Under the pieces are notes generated by a model that was not told the DNA's origin, made no database searches, and worked only from the letters and a program-made list of their open reading frames with translations. Below are positions 27,776 through 38,027 of a stretch of 64,000 nucleotides of DNA, in pieces. Both the position numbers and the translations under genes were made by a program. Numbering within the stretch: position 1 is the stretch's first letter; each line of letters begins with the position of its first letter. The DNA lies in contig CAZITY010000001.1 in assembly GCA_964542445.1 (NCBI GenBank), positions 42,485 to 106,484 on the forward strand. Reading direction: 5' to 3'. The stretch is from an uncultured Halobacteriales archaeon. GTDB lineage: Archaea; Halobacteriota; Halobacteria; Halobacteriales; Hikarchaeaceae.

Positions 27776-27890
27776 GGAATAAATTATTGATAGGTAACCA
27801 CCCATTAAAATCTTTGCTATGAATTATTCATGAGTGATAATCGGGTGCCTAACAAAACGACTATTTCGTTACACGTAAAACAAAAGCAAG

Positions 27891-28658
27891 ATGTCTGGTC
27901 GGCCGGGAGTGACGATCGATCCACATGTTAAGATATTGAATGATTCAGTTGTGAAGCGAGCTAAGGCAAGAGGTGTAGACGCTGTAGTATACGCGCCACA
28001 TTTTACCCCACTCCCCGACATCCAAGCAAGTGCACGAAAATACAGTGATGATGAGTTTCTCGTTCTGCCGGCCAGAGAGATTTTCACAGGCACGTGGAAG
28101 AACCGGAAACATATTCTAGCATTAGATCTGGCTGCCCCCGTCCCTGATTTCATTCACCTAGATACCGCATTTACTGAGTTGACCCGACAACAGGCAATTA
28201 TTCTTATTCCGCATCCACTGTTTGCGAATATTAGTTTATCGCGCCGAGATGTCAAAGAATACCAACAGGATATTCATGGAGTAGAAGTGAATAACCTCAA
28301 GCATTTGTGGTATCACAATACTAGGGCAGAATCAGTGATTTCGGCGGTTAATCTCCCGGAATTTGGAAGTTCGTATGCCCATTTGTGTGGTTCGATTGGC
28401 GAAGTTACAACAATCTTTCCGAACTGTGCCCCAGAAAGAACAGCAATATTATCGTCAATTCGAGATGGGTCACCGCGGAAGGTCGAGGCACGGTCTGGCG
28501 TTTGGCATCAGGTCCGACGGAGCGCAGAAGTCAGTCATTTGTTGTACGAGAATACGATTCAGAAATTACTCCACACGGTGCATGATAGTCGAACAACAAC
28601 ACCGAACAATCCATTATACGAAGGAAAATTCGATGATGACGCGGTCTATGGCGATTAA
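27891..28658 (+). CDS. PHP domain (polymerase/histidinol phosphatase-like) protein
   Basis: VTIDPHVKILNDSVV...GVDAVVYAPHF...LIPHP are PHP-type His motifs. Confidence 0.65.
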   Translation: MSGRPGVTIDPHVKILNDSVVKRAKARGVDAVVYAPHFTPLPDIQASARKYSDDEFLVLPAREIFTGTWKNRKHILALDLAAPVPDFIHLDTAFTELTRQQAIILIPHPLFANISLSRRDVKEYQQDIHGVEVNNLKHLWYHNTRAESVISAVNLPEFGSSYAHLCGSIGEVTTIFPNCAPERTAILSSIRDGSPRKVEARSGVWHQVRRSAEVSHLLYENTIQKLLHTVHDSRTTTPNNPLYEGKFDDDAVYGD

Positions 28659-29218
28659 AATCCGTCGCGGGACAGATGATCAGCGAGACATTCGAGTGCG
28701 TACCGCGCAATTTGTTCTCTAATCTGTGGCCTATCTCCCGAGAATTTGTTCCGGGTGGATTCGCTATAGGATTCATTGGTTTCCCACTCTGCGGCATACG
28801 CAACCCCAACGAATGCGGTTCCAACTGGTTTTTCGGCGCTTCCACCGCTTGGCCCGGCTATCCCACTTACAGCGAGTCCCCAATCTGAGTCTGTTAAATC
28901 ACGCGCTCGTTCAGCTAAGACCCGCGTCGTAGTGGCACTAGCCGCGCCATGTTCGTCCAATATTTCCCGAGGTACACCCAGACGTGTTCTATGCGCATCA
29001 TAGCTATACGGAATGAGACCTTCGTTGAAATACTCACTCGCCCCAGGTACCGATGTCAATAGCATAGAAAGCATCCCGCCTGTACATGTTTCTACAACCG
29101 TAACCGTCTCACTTCTGTCCTTGAGTAATGTACTGACCTTGGTTTCAATAGCAGATTCGTTGGTAGGTTCATCCATACAAGAAGCATCGAGAACAGAACC
29201 ATTGGGTCTTCGGGTCAC
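28655..29218 (-). CDS. CinA-family protein (nicotinamide-nucleotide amidase PncC-like domain)
   Basis: VTVVETCTGGMLSMLLTSVPGASEYF...YSYDAHRTRLGV...VSGIAGPSGGSAEKPVGTAFVGV is the CinA C-terminal domain signature. Confidence 0.8.
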   Translation of the reverse strand: MTRRPNGSVLDASCMDEPTNESAIETKVSTLLKDRSETVTVVETCTGGMLSMLLTSVPGASEYFNEGLIPYSYDAHRTRLGVPREILDEHGAASATTTRVLAERARDLTDSDWGLAVSGIAGPSGGSAEKPVGTAFVGVAYAAEWETNESYSESTRNKFSGDRPQIREQIARYALECLADHLSRDGF

Positions 29219-29324
29219 CGAATAGATGAATTCTTGCGCTGCACCGAGTAATCACGAATGTTTTTATCTTCGAATCGTAACTTCGTATACGAGCGTGTTG
29301 GACTATTGCGGTGAGAATTAGTGT

Positions 29325-30338
29325 ATGACAGAATTAGATGTTCAACCGGTTGAAGAGTTAAGCTTCACATCTCCGAAATATGTGTTGTACGGTGGCAAAG
29401 GCGGCGTTGGGAAAACAACCATGGCAGCCGCGACCGGGGTAGCAAACGCAGCCGCAGGTACACAAACACTCGTCATTTCTACCGACCCGGCCCATTCATT
29501 ATCCGATATTTTCGATACCCAAATCAATGAGACCCCAACTCAAATCAGAGAATCTCTTCCACTGTATGCCGTGGAGATCAATCCAAACCAATCAATAACG
29601 GATTACGATCTGTTCGATAGTGACGCTCTATTTTCCGAAATGGGCGGACTAGATGAATTGATGGGTGACGATATAGGGCTCGATGGGCTTGTTCCCGGAG
29701 CGGATGAACTCACGGCTATGTTCGAATTACTGGAATTTATGGAAGACGACAGATTCGATCAAATCATCATCGATACTGCGCCGACGGGCCATACGCTGCG
29801 GTTGTTAGAACTCCCAGAAATGATGGAGTCGATGACCGGGCAATTGTTGACACTCAAGGAGCGGATTAGCGGATTCGTTGAGGGGTTTACCGGGATGTTC
29901 GGAGATGCCGATACCGAGCAAAACTCACCGGATATGTCTCTCACTGAATTACAGGAACAAATCACTGCCTTACGGCAAATCCTTCGTGATCCGTCACAAA
30001 CAGATTTCCGGATCGTAATGGTCCCTGAGAAACTGAGTGTCTTTGAATCACGCCGGCTCATCCGACGGCTACAAGAATACCAGATTCCTGTAGATACAGT
30101 TGTTGTGAACCGTGTACTAGAACCAGTAAATGCAATTATTGATGTGGAGAGGGAATTCGTTTCCCCCGATCTTGAATCCTGTCCGTTTTGCAAACAACGT
30201 TGGGACGTTCAGCAAGATGCACTCACGGAAGTCAACGAATTATTTCGAGTGAATTCGATAAAACGCGTGCCGCTTTTCGCTGAAGGGGTCACCGATGAAG
30301 CAATGATTGAGGTCATCGCCCGGTGTTTAGCCGATTAG
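29325..30338 (+). CDS. arsA: ArsA/GET3 (TRC40) family ATPase
   Basis: YGGKGGVGKTTMAAA is the deviant Walker A, followed by STDPAHSLSD and DTAPTGHTLRLL. Confidence 0.85.
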   Translation: MTELDVQPVEELSFTSPKYVLYGGKGGVGKTTMAAATGVANAAAGTQTLVISTDPAHSLSDIFDTQINETPTQIRESLPLYAVEINPNQSITDYDLFDSDALFSEMGGLDELMGDDIGLDGLVPGADELTAMFELLEFMEDDRFDQIIIDTAPTGHTLRLLELPEMMESMTGQLLTLKERISGFVEGFTGMFGDADTEQNSPDMSLTELQEQITALRQILRDPSQTDFRIVMVPEKLSVFESRRLIRRLQEYQIPVDTVVVNRVLEPVNAIIDVEREFVSPDLESCPFCKQRWDVQQDALTEVNELFRVNSIKRVPLFAEGVTDEAMIEVIARCLAD

Positions 30339-31202
30339 TTTGATTGCGAGGTGGTAAAGTTTATCTCGCCAATGCACCGGCAGATATCGGAGCCACAACA
30401 TTATATTTGCGAACGTCCCAACGATGTACCGATCTTTTGGTACTTTGCAACTCGCTGCATTTACAATCGTCTCTGCTACTGCCTCTGGGCTGGAGGTTAA
30501 AGGGCCATCCTGAGTAATCATCGATCCATCGCTGATTAATTCGTAAATTGCATCGTACGCAGGTGTTTGTGCAGATTTTGCTGGATGATATTTCCGGATT
30601 TTCTCGTGAAATTCACTGCTAACAGGACCGGGTTCGATCAAGACCACATTTACATCACATTGTTTAGTCTCGATTCGAAGTGCGTCACTGATCGCCTCCA
30701 ACGCGTATTTTGACCCGGAATAGGCTCCACTCCCCGGGATGGTTAATCGACCAAGATAACTCGAGATGTTAATGATTGTGCCCTCTTGTTGTACACGCAT
30801 AACGGGGAGGGCCGCGCGTATAAGTCGTGTTGGTCCGTAGACATTAACATCGAACTGTTTGTGGAATTTCTGAAGCGAGATATCCTCTATTGGCCCATAA
30901 ATCCCGATACCAGCGTTATTAACGAGACAATCGATACGGCCGTGTTCGTCAACGATTTGGTCCACAACTGTACTAACTTGGTCAGTCTTTGTCACATCTA
31001 GTTCATGCGTGTAACATCCAGCTGTTTCGAGGCTCTTCAAATCATCAATGTTTCGAGCGGTCGCGTGAACCGTCCATCCTTCATTTAAAAATGCACGCGC
31101 TGTTGCTTCTCCGATCCCCGATGAACATCCTGTAATCACCACGACGTCCGTGGTTGAATCGTCGGGATTCGATGGGAGTTCGCCCTCAGATTCAACAGAC
31201 AT
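30327..31202 (-). CDS. SDR family oxidoreductase
   Basis: VVVITGCSSGIGEATARAF (TGxxxGIG), NNAG, and YSGSKYALE (YxxxK). Confidence 0.8.
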   Translation of the reverse strand: MSVESEGELPSNPDDSTTDVVVITGCSSGIGEATARAFLNEGWTVHATARNIDDLKSLETAGCYTHELDVTKTDQVSTVVDQIVDEHGRIDCLVNNAGIGIYGPIEDISLQKFHKQFDVNVYGPTRLIRAALPVMRVQQEGTIINISSYLGRLTIPGSGAYSGSKYALEAISDALRIETKQCDVNVVLIEPGPVSSEFHEKIRKYHPAKSAQTPAYDAIYELISDGSMITQDGPLTSSPEAVAETIVNAASCKVPKDRYIVGTFANIMLWLRYLPVHWRDKLYHLAIKLIG

Positions 31203-31216
31203 TCTAATTACAATAC

Positions 31217-31969
31217 TTACGCGTCATTTGATTCAGTGTGTGTTTGTTTCGCAGAGGCGGCATACTGATCAGCTAACCTAATCGGTTCGGGTAATTTATA
31301 CCCCGCGCACTGTTCGAGGACGAGATCAACCGAATCTCTACCATTAATGCGGTGACCGGCACTGACAAACACTGGATTGATGGTTTGAGTCCCTGATTCA
31401 TATTGTCTCGTTTGCACAGCGTACCCAATGACCTCTCGTTGAGTTGTTTCAACTTTTTCCCTTGCGTAGATCGGTACTTGCGAACCCTGCGATAGATTGT
31501 CAATAGATTGCTCATACTGGCCACACAGTAATGATTTTGCTACCCCGATGGTAGGTAAATCGACAACAACTCCGATATGGGTTGCTAGCCCGGCTTCTCG
31601 GTAATGTAACCGACCATTTCCGTCCACGAGCAACACATCAGGATCAGAGTCCAATTGCGATAATGCTTGAATGATCGGCGGTCCTTCGCGGAATGCGAGA
31701 TATCCAGGGATATAGGGAATGGAGAGTGAGGTCGTTTCGTACACCCGCTCGATAATGTCATTTTCTTTCCGTACGACAATCGCACTCAATGCGGTATCAC
31801 CGATGAATGATTGATCGATCCCCGCAATCGTGAGCGACGACGGATCATCCAAATCCACGGTCGTTTCAAACACTGCGGTTTCTTTGACTTGGAATTGCAA
31901 CGACTCCATTTCTGAATCAGACAATCCAGCATCAGGAACCAATTCAGAATGATGAACAGAAACCATCAA
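31217..31969 (-). CDS. nfi: endonuclease V
   Basis: IAGIDQSF...YIPGYLAFREGP...LLVDGNG..H....GLATHIGV...PTIGVAKS are Nfi motifs. Its start overlaps the rhomboid stop by 4 nt. Confidence 0.8.
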   Translation of the reverse strand: MMVSVHHSELVPDAGLSDSEMESLQFQVKETAVFETTVDLDDPSSLTIAGIDQSFIGDTALSAIVVRKENDIIERVYETTSLSIPYIPGYLAFREGPPIIQALSQLDSDPDVLLVDGNGRLHYREAGLATHIGVVVDLPTIGVAKSLLCGQYEQSIDNLSQGSQVPIYAREKVETTQREVIGYAVQTRQYESGTQTINPVFVSAGHRINGRDSVDLVLEQCAGYKLPEPIRLADQYAASAKQTHTESNDA

Positions 31970-32898
31970 AAGCGCCCGCGACCAGGCCCTTGTCTCCCCG
32001 GTCCGCCCGGGCCCAATCTGAGTTCTTCTGGTAATCGTTGGCCTTCCCGCCGGAGTTTATCACCGTACACTAATCCAATCACTAACCCTACTAGGTGGGC
32101 TAGATGGGCAACTTGGCCTGCTCCAATACCTGATCCAATCGCAATGAATACCGAGTAGATCGCAAAGCCGATGGTGAGTAACCAAAGTGGCATTGGAATG
32201 ATGAAAAAGAGATATACCCGGAGATTCGGATTCAACACTGTCAGTATACCCATCAGGGCCATGATCGCACCACTTGCACCAACAACCGCACTTGATTCGC
32301 CGAGGAGAATAGCGGCTATGATTTGCGATAAACCGGCAGCTATTCCGGATATAATAAACAGCGCAACGAATTTTTTTGATGACATCCGTCGCTCGACTAG
32401 CGGCCCGAAGAAATACAGAACAATACTATTGATTACGATATGACCGAAGGAACCGTGGGTAAATATCGAGGTTATCCAGGTCCACACGTCGAACGGGTGC
32501 TCGGTTGATAACACGAATACTCGTTCAAACATCGCTGGAGAGAACTGGAACACAATCGTTTGGATGAAGAAAGTAACCCAAATGATGGCGAGAAATAAGT
32601 ACGTTAAGTTCCCCCGAAAATACCCAAGCAGTCCACCGATCCCTGTTGAGGAATCCAACCGATCTAGGGCGGCTTGGGAGCGGGACGTAGAAGCGGATTG
32701 CACACTGGCATCGAACCCGCTATCGAAAATCCCACCCGGATCGTCCCAGTTTTCAAGTCCTGAACAATCATGATTCTCCGGGAGTCTATGAGATGAGCAA
32801 TGGGTCCCACCACAATATCGGCATTGATACGGCATGTTTTCCGCCCGACCACACACGTCGCACTTTGCCATTGAAACCTGTTGGGAATCCTGTTGCAT
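31966..32898 (-). CDS. rhomboid family intramembrane serine protease with N-terminal AN1-type zinc finger
   Basis: CDVCGRAENMPYQCRYCGGTHCSSHRLPENHDC is the AN1 finger. It is followed by multi-TM segments with GASGAIMALMG (the catalytic Ser motif) and a downstream AHLAHLVG (His). An alternative start is MAKCDV at 32871. Confidence 0.8.
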   Translation of the reverse strand: MQQDSQQVSMAKCDVCGRAENMPYQCRYCGGTHCSSHRLPENHDCSGLENWDDPGGIFDSGFDASVQSASTSRSQAALDRLDSSTGIGGLLGYFRGNLTYLFLAIIWVTFFIQTIVFQFSPAMFERVFVLSTEHPFDVWTWITSIFTHGSFGHIVINSIVLYFFGPLVERRMSSKKFVALFIISGIAAGLSQIIAAILLGESSAVVGASGAIMALMGILTVLNPNLRVYLFFIIPMPLWLLTIGFAIYSVFIAIGSGIGAGQVAHLAHLVGLVIGLVYGDKLRREGQRLPEELRLGPGGPGRQGPGRGRF

Positions 32899-32960
32899 AG
32901 GGGTTTGGATCCATTATTTATGACGATGGTACTTTGACACAGCCAGTCCTAGCACGTACC

Positions 32961-33398
32961 GTGAAGCAGTATCAACGCAAGCAATTACTCGAGCGGATTT
33001 CACGTGACGGCGCTACAGTCGGGCACCAAATTCCTACCGAAGTCACAATCCAGGATCAGCTCATCGACTTGAATGCAGCAGTTTTTGAATTCAAACGCCA
33101 CGACACCTATCCAGCTGAGCTCAAAGAACGGATTAAGGAATTTCAAAAGCAACTCCGTCGAGAACGAGTTCGCCGCCGAGATATTATCGAAGAAGGTAGT
33201 GTTTCGTTTGCGGAGGGCGAAACCCACACAGCGGTAATATTAGGAATTGACCGAGCGTTAAATGCATTATCGAACCTTGACCCGAGCGACCTAGAATCGG
33301 AGGCCGAAGCGTCAAAAGCTGCCGATCAAAAACGATGGATTTCATTCCTCAATGACGTCCTCGATTCGGATACAGATAGAGGAAAACTCCGGAATTAA
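32961..33398 (+). CDS. conserved haloarchaeal hypothetical protein (DUF5788-like)
   Basis: (GTG)KQYQRKQLLERISRDGATVGHQIPTEV... The track start 32934 is a TTG; the in-frame GTG at 32961 gives a family-like N-terminus. The family name is from memory only. Confidence 0.45.
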   Translation: MKQYQRKQLLERISRDGATVGHQIPTEVTIQDQLIDLNAAVFEFKRHDTYPAELKERIKEFQKQLRRERVRRRDIIEEGSVSFAEGETHTAVILGIDRALNALSNLDPSDLESEAEASKAADQKRWISFLNDVLDSDTDRGKLRN

Positions 33399-33431
33399 CC
33401 GCAACTATCACACGATCCGTAGCGTCAATTG

Positions 33432-34355
33432 TCAATTAGCTTCTGGCGTTGGGAGGTTCGGTTCCCAATTATCACACGCTTCCATGTCATCCATTAAGGT
33501 TTCAAAATACTCACACGATGGTTGGAGGCCGTCAACCGTTTGCTCATACGCAAAGTATTGACAATTTCCGCAATATTTATCTGATCGATTTGCACTAGGT
33601 CGCGGTTCTTCTGGTGTAAGGCCGCCGTCACTTGCGGGGGAGGAATCGTTTTGTGACGGTTCGGGATTGCGTTGTTGCATTATTTCTCCCTCCGATTCAG
33701 TTGACGTATTTTGCGAGGGACTCATTACTTCATTCTTATCTACTCCTCCAAGTACTCCCACCGAACTTCCAGTCGATGCTTCTTGGAGTGTTTTCCCTTC
33801 TATTTCTGATAAGGGTACTTCGACGAATTGGGTTTCTCCTTCGACCGTCCGTTTTAACGTAATTGTTCCCCCCGGGTCATTCCGCGTTTTAAAGTTAATA
33901 ACGGCTGTAAACAGCGCCCAGAATGTCGTTATTAACCCGACAAAATACACCACAACCACCGGGAGAGTAAGATGATCTGGGGTGGCCCCGTACCATTGAC
34001 TTGGGTATACTTCCCAAAACAAGACTACACCGAACAACGCAACACTCCCACCGATAGCTGCGGTAGCTCGTTCCCTAGGATTCGCAGGTAATACAGTAAA
34101 AATCCCGACAAAAACGGCCGGGACACCAATCCCGGCGAGTAGCCCCGCAATCCGCCGGGCGCCAAACGTTCCAATGTCATATATCGCCAAGATATCTGTA
34201 GACGCGATAATAATAGCCGAAACGACGAGAATAGCCCCACTGGCAAATAACGTGGTTCCAAGGTAGATGCGCCGGAGGCTCGTTCCACCAACTCCATCGT
34301 ATACCTCCGCCAGACTAGTCATACTTGGCGATTCGGCACGTGTTGTCAAAAACAT
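33432..34355 (-). CDS. membrane protein (about 4 TM) with acidic/Ser-rich linker and C-terminal HiPIP-like Cys4 module
   Basis: Four hydrophobic segments lie in the N-terminal half. The C-terminus is KYCGNCQYFAYEQTVDGLQPSCEYFETLMDDMEACDNWEPN, with spacing C-x2-C-x15-C-x12-C-x2-W. An alternative start is MTSLAEVYDG at 34322. Confidence 0.55.
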   Translation of the reverse strand: MFLTTRAESPSMTSLAEVYDGVGGTSLRRIYLGTTLFASGAILVVSAIIIASTDILAIYDIGTFGARRIAGLLAGIGVPAVFVGIFTVLPANPRERATAAIGGSVALFGVVLFWEVYPSQWYGATPDHLTLPVVVVYFVGLITTFWALFTAVINFKTRNDPGGTITLKRTVEGETQFVEVPLSEIEGKTLQEASTGSSVGVLGGVDKNEVMSPSQNTSTESEGEIMQQRNPEPSQNDSSPASDGGLTPEEPRPSANRSDKYCGNCQYFAYEQTVDGLQPSCEYFETLMDDMEACDNWEPNLPTPEAN

Positions 34356-34471
34356 ACGTCAGACAGAAAGCAGACGGTTTGCCTTACGAATGACTCGGTA
34401 TTTTTCACTCGTGATTGCGAATGTAAGGGGTCCCGAAGGCTTTAATCGATTTCCAAGTCGACTATCAATTA

Positions 34472-34753
34472 ATGAGTTCAGATGAATCAGAGGAGGAACC
34501 ACCGACCGTGGAACTAGGTGAAGATGCACCCGCGCCGGGAGCTCCAATCGCTCGTATCGCGGCACGATTATCATGGCCACAAGAAAAAAGTGAAATAGAT
34601 CGGAAAGAAGGAGCGACTGAAGTCCGCACCCCAAACGGCCCCACGCCCCTGTCGGAGGTACTAGAGGAGGTCGAGACAACCTACTTTGCGCGACGCCAAG
34701 ATTTCGTCAAGGCTGTTGAGGAAGCTATTGGAAACGGCCCAATCAGCCCATAA
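34472..34753 (+). CDS. conserved haloarchaeal hypothetical protein (DUF5789-like)
   Basis: 93 aa, acidic. ...IARIAARLSWPQEKSEIDRKEG...LSEVLEEVETTYFARRQDFVKAVEEAIG. The family name is from memory only. Confidence 0.5.
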   Translation: MSSDESEEEPPTVELGEDAPAPGAPIARIAARLSWPQEKSEIDRKEGATEVRTPNGPTPLSEVLEEVETTYFARRQDFVKAVEEAIGNGPISP

Positions 34754-34757
34754 TACC

Positions 34758-35426
34758 GTGTCCAACTCATTACGCCACTATTCAATTCCTTGGAGATGGG
34801 TGGTAGCTCTCACCGGCGCACTCATTATTTTCACTTACTGGCAGTGGTCGGCGTCTTCGCTTAGCCATCGACTCTTTCGAGATGTGGTCTTATTCATCGG
34901 TATCCCTGGTATCATCGCGATTTCACACGGCAAGAAAATCGGGTGGCGAGTTGACCGAGGTGTATTCAAGAATGCACTAGCGTTGTTTCTCTTTGTTTTC
35001 CCGTTCTACATTATCGGGGCTAGTCTTCCCACCATCCGGACGTATTATCCAATGTGGACTACGACCACCGCGCTGACAGAATTTGTTCCGAACGCCATCG
35101 CATTATTCATACTTGCAGCCGCAACCGAGACGTATTTCCGCGGATTTCTCTGCGTAGGTCTCAGAGAACTTGGCGCCAAATGCATTTTTATTAGTCCACT
35201 AGTGTACGCAATAATCCATTCGACGAAACCACCAATCGAACTTTTGCTATCCGGCCCAACCGACGTCTTGTTCGGTTCGGTCGATTATTACAGTGATTCT
35301 ATCTTCCCCTCAGTAATCGCCCACGGCGGCGGGTTAGTGCTCCTCGATTGGCTCGTTCTCACTGATCCCCTCATCCCCCCGGAGACCACGCTCAAATGGT
35401 TATCATGGCTCCCGATCCCACTCTAA
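34758..35426 (+). CDS. CPBP family intramembrane glutamic endopeptidase (CAAX protease/Abi)
   Basis: Multi-TM protein with AATETYFRGFL (EExxxR-like motif 1) and IIHS / AHGG His motifs. The GTG at 34758 follows the upstream stop. The track start 34686 would overlap the previous gene. Confidence 0.6.
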   Translation: MSNSLRHYSIPWRWVVALTGALIIFTYWQWSASSLSHRLFRDVVLFIGIPGIIAISHGKKIGWRVDRGVFKNALALFLFVFPFYIIGASLPTIRTYYPMWTTTTALTEFVPNAIALFILAAATETYFRGFLCVGLRELGAKCIFISPLVYAIIHSTKPPIELLLSGPTDVLFGSVDYYSDSIFPSVIAHGGGLVLLDWLVLTDPLIPPETTLKWLSWLPIPL

Positions 35427-35482
35427 CCCCCAGGAATTATTTCACCCCATCCTGATCTTTGTCGTGGCACGGTTCCCGAGTA

Positions 35483-36745
35483 TTATTGGTCGGAAAACCG
35501 ATGTAATTGACTTTGCATGCCGGTAACTAGCGACGATTTTCGCTGGATGTCTTTATAAGAGACGGGGAGTTTCGGCGCGATTGTTTTCACTGCATCATGA
35601 AACGATTCGACAATACCTGGCTCTGACTCGAATGCTCCACGAACACTTTCTCTAACTTGCCACACCCCAACAGGCGCCCAATAGTCATCTGACACTTCTC
35701 GTATTACAAGGCATTTTGCTTGCCGATCAATTGAATCTAGATACTCAAGTACGCCCAATCGCGACGCGTAATATGCCCCAGCTGTCTCCTCAACATACCC
35801 AGTTCTCCCTCCAAACCCCTCATGAGCGCTCGCTATCCACGTGTTTCCTTCCCGATCTGGATTCCAAATACTCCCCGGTGATTTCATCTCCACTAATTCA
35901 TATTCCCACCGTCCAGGAGCCAGCACAACCCAATATCGATTGCCAATATAATTATTGACCCAGACTGTCGGCTTGTCAATACTTTGATTAGTTTTTACTT
36001 GGCCCCGTAAATACTTCCCTAGCGTATCATCAACCGCCGTTATCGACCATCTCGTCGGTACTAACCGGCGATTCGGTTCCTGACCCAACGCCCCAGCTGA
36101 CAAAATCGTATTGATATTATACACGTCAAATCCGTTCCGATACAAATACGTCATTGCTCCTTCCGCCCGCCAATCGTCATCCTTGACTGTTTTCTTCACG
36201 TCCCGGGGGACAGACGGATTTTCAGTTAACTCTGCGCTTTTTGCCCGTGCTCGTGGGCCAGTTGGTGTGGCGATAGCGTCAAGCCCAATATCCAAATCGA
36301 TGGAATCAGATAACCCAATTTCAATATCGACTGGATGATCAGCTATTGCAACCTCACGTTGTACTCCCACAAATCCATCCCACACCTCGTGGACATTGAC
36401 ATTTGAAGCCCGGTTCGAGTTCAACAACCCCGTCCGATATTGTAAAATATCTGGTATATCAAGTCCGTCTGTATACCACTCACTGCTTGTTTCAAAATTA
36501 GCCGCGTTTTCCTCAACCCCAACCGGCGATAAAATCCCCGTCGACACGGTCGGGTAATTCGATCGGCCGACAAAAATCGATGGCGCCGTACTCCCAATGA
36601 CAGAATCCCCCTGCACAACATTGTTGAACCGCCGCTCAAAATTATCGAGATAATCAAGAACTTCGTAGGATTTCTCTTTCGCTAACTGCCGCCGTTCGAA
36701 TTCCTCGTCTCGCTCAAGCCCCTCGATATACTCTTCGAGGCGCAT
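35483..36745 (-). CDS. nreA: Nre family DNA repair protein (NreA)
   Basis: ...GSTAPSIFVGRSNYPTVSTGILSP...LVPTRWSITAVDD... are conserved archaeal Nre (DUF650/DUF651) motifs. Confidence 0.75.
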   Translation of the reverse strand: MRLEEYIEGLERDEEFERRQLAKEKSYEVLDYLDNFERRFNNVVQGDSVIGSTAPSIFVGRSNYPTVSTGILSPVGVEENAANFETSSEWYTDGLDIPDILQYRTGLLNSNRASNVNVHEVWDGFVGVQREVAIADHPVDIEIGLSDSIDLDIGLDAIATPTGPRARAKSAELTENPSVPRDVKKTVKDDDWRAEGAMTYLYRNGFDVYNINTILSAGALGQEPNRRLVPTRWSITAVDDTLGKYLRGQVKTNQSIDKPTVWVNNYIGNRYWVVLAPGRWEYELVEMKSPGSIWNPDREGNTWIASAHEGFGGRTGYVEETAGAYYASRLGVLEYLDSIDRQAKCLVIREVSDDYWAPVGVWQVRESVRGAFESEPGIVESFHDAVKTIAPKLPVSYKDIQRKSSLVTGMQSQLHRFSDQ

Positions 36746-36878
36746 TACAATGAACTACACTGCCGGTAAGCAAGAACGTTCGGGAAACTCCCAAAAATAA
36801 CCAATCCCACACCGCCCCCCCGGTCTCGCCTTCGTTACGCACGCACAACCAGTTCAACCAGACCGCTGTACAACCGGC

Positions 36879-37838
36879 TTACCCGTGGATACCCATCGCT
36901 TCGATTTGTTCTTGATACCGGTTCCGAATTGTAACTTCAGTAACCTGCGCAACCTCAGCTACCTCTCGTTGGGTTTTCTTCTCGTTGCACAACAACGACG
37001 CAGCGTAAATCGCGGCCGCCGCATACCCCGTTGGTGATTTTCCAGATAGCAATCCTTCCTCTGCGGTGGTTTCAATGATTTCGTTCGCCTTTCCTTGGAC
37101 TTCTTCTGATAAACTAAGTTCGGAACAAAATCGCGGAACGTACTTCTTCGGATCAACCGGCCGCATTTCGAGGCCAAGTTCCTGAGAAATATATCGATAA
37201 GTCCGCCCAATTTCTTTCCGTTCGACCCGACTCACTTCAGAAATCTCCTCAAGGGATCGCGGGATCCCTTCTTTCCGACACGCCGCATATAACGCAGACG
37301 TGGCAACTCCCTCAATTGATCGGCCTCGAATAAGATCTTCCTTAAGCGCCCGTCGATAAATCACGGACGCTACTTCTCGGACCGACCGCGGGACGCCAAG
37401 CGCGCTCGCCATTCGATCGATTTCAGATAAGGCAAACTGGAGATTTCGTTCGCCGGCATCTTTCGTCCGGATGCGTTCTTGCCATTTCCGTAACCGATGC
37501 ATTTGGCTGCGTTTTTTCGAGGAGATTGAACGGCCGTATGCATCTTTGTCTTTCCAATCAATTGTCGTCGTCAGCCCCTTATCGTGCATTGTTTGGGTTG
37601 TGGGGGCTCCAACACGAGATTTTTCTTGACGTTCTTGATGATTGAATGCTCGCCACTCTGGGCCTGGATCAATTTGTTCTTCTTCGATAACCAGTCCGCA
37701 TTCGTCACAAATTAGTTCTGCCCGGTCGGAACTTTTTACCAAATTGGCAGAATTACATTCAGGACATTCCCGAACTCCTTCAGATTCGGTTTCTTCCTCC
37801 TCGTGTTCTCGCTCCCGCTGACGGGTGGACCTTGTCAT
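36879..37838 (-). CDS. tfb: transcription initiation factor IIB (TFB)
   Basis: [41 protein letters not shown] is the zinc ribbon plus B-finger, followed by two cyclin-fold repeats. Confidence 0.9.
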   Translation of the reverse strand: MTRSTRQREREHEEEETESEGVRECPECNSANLVKSSDRAELICDECGLVIEEEQIDPGPEWRAFNHQERQEKSRVGAPTTQTMHDKGLTTTIDWKDKDAYGRSISSKKRSQMHRLRKWQERIRTKDAGERNLQFALSEIDRMASALGVPRSVREVASVIYRRALKEDLIRGRSIEGVATSALYAACRKEGIPRSLEEISEVSRVERKEIGRTYRYISQELGLEMRPVDPKKYVPRFCSELSLSEEVQGKANEIIETTAEEGLLSGKSPTGYAAAAIYAASLLCNEKKTQREVAEVAQVTEVTIRNRYQEQIEAMGIHG

Positions 37839-38027
37839 CGCATTTTTATAGTAGCAGTTTCAGCGGTATTAAGTCCTTTGCCTAGTTCGGTGAATTTCGA
37901 CAGAATATCCTGGTAGAGTGATAGAACGATTCTGTCTGTTAGCGGTTATCTGGCAGGTGTTTTTGGGTATTTTTCTATGGAAATTGGTTATCGATACCTG
38001 TATACAACCGTCACCCTACACCCAATT

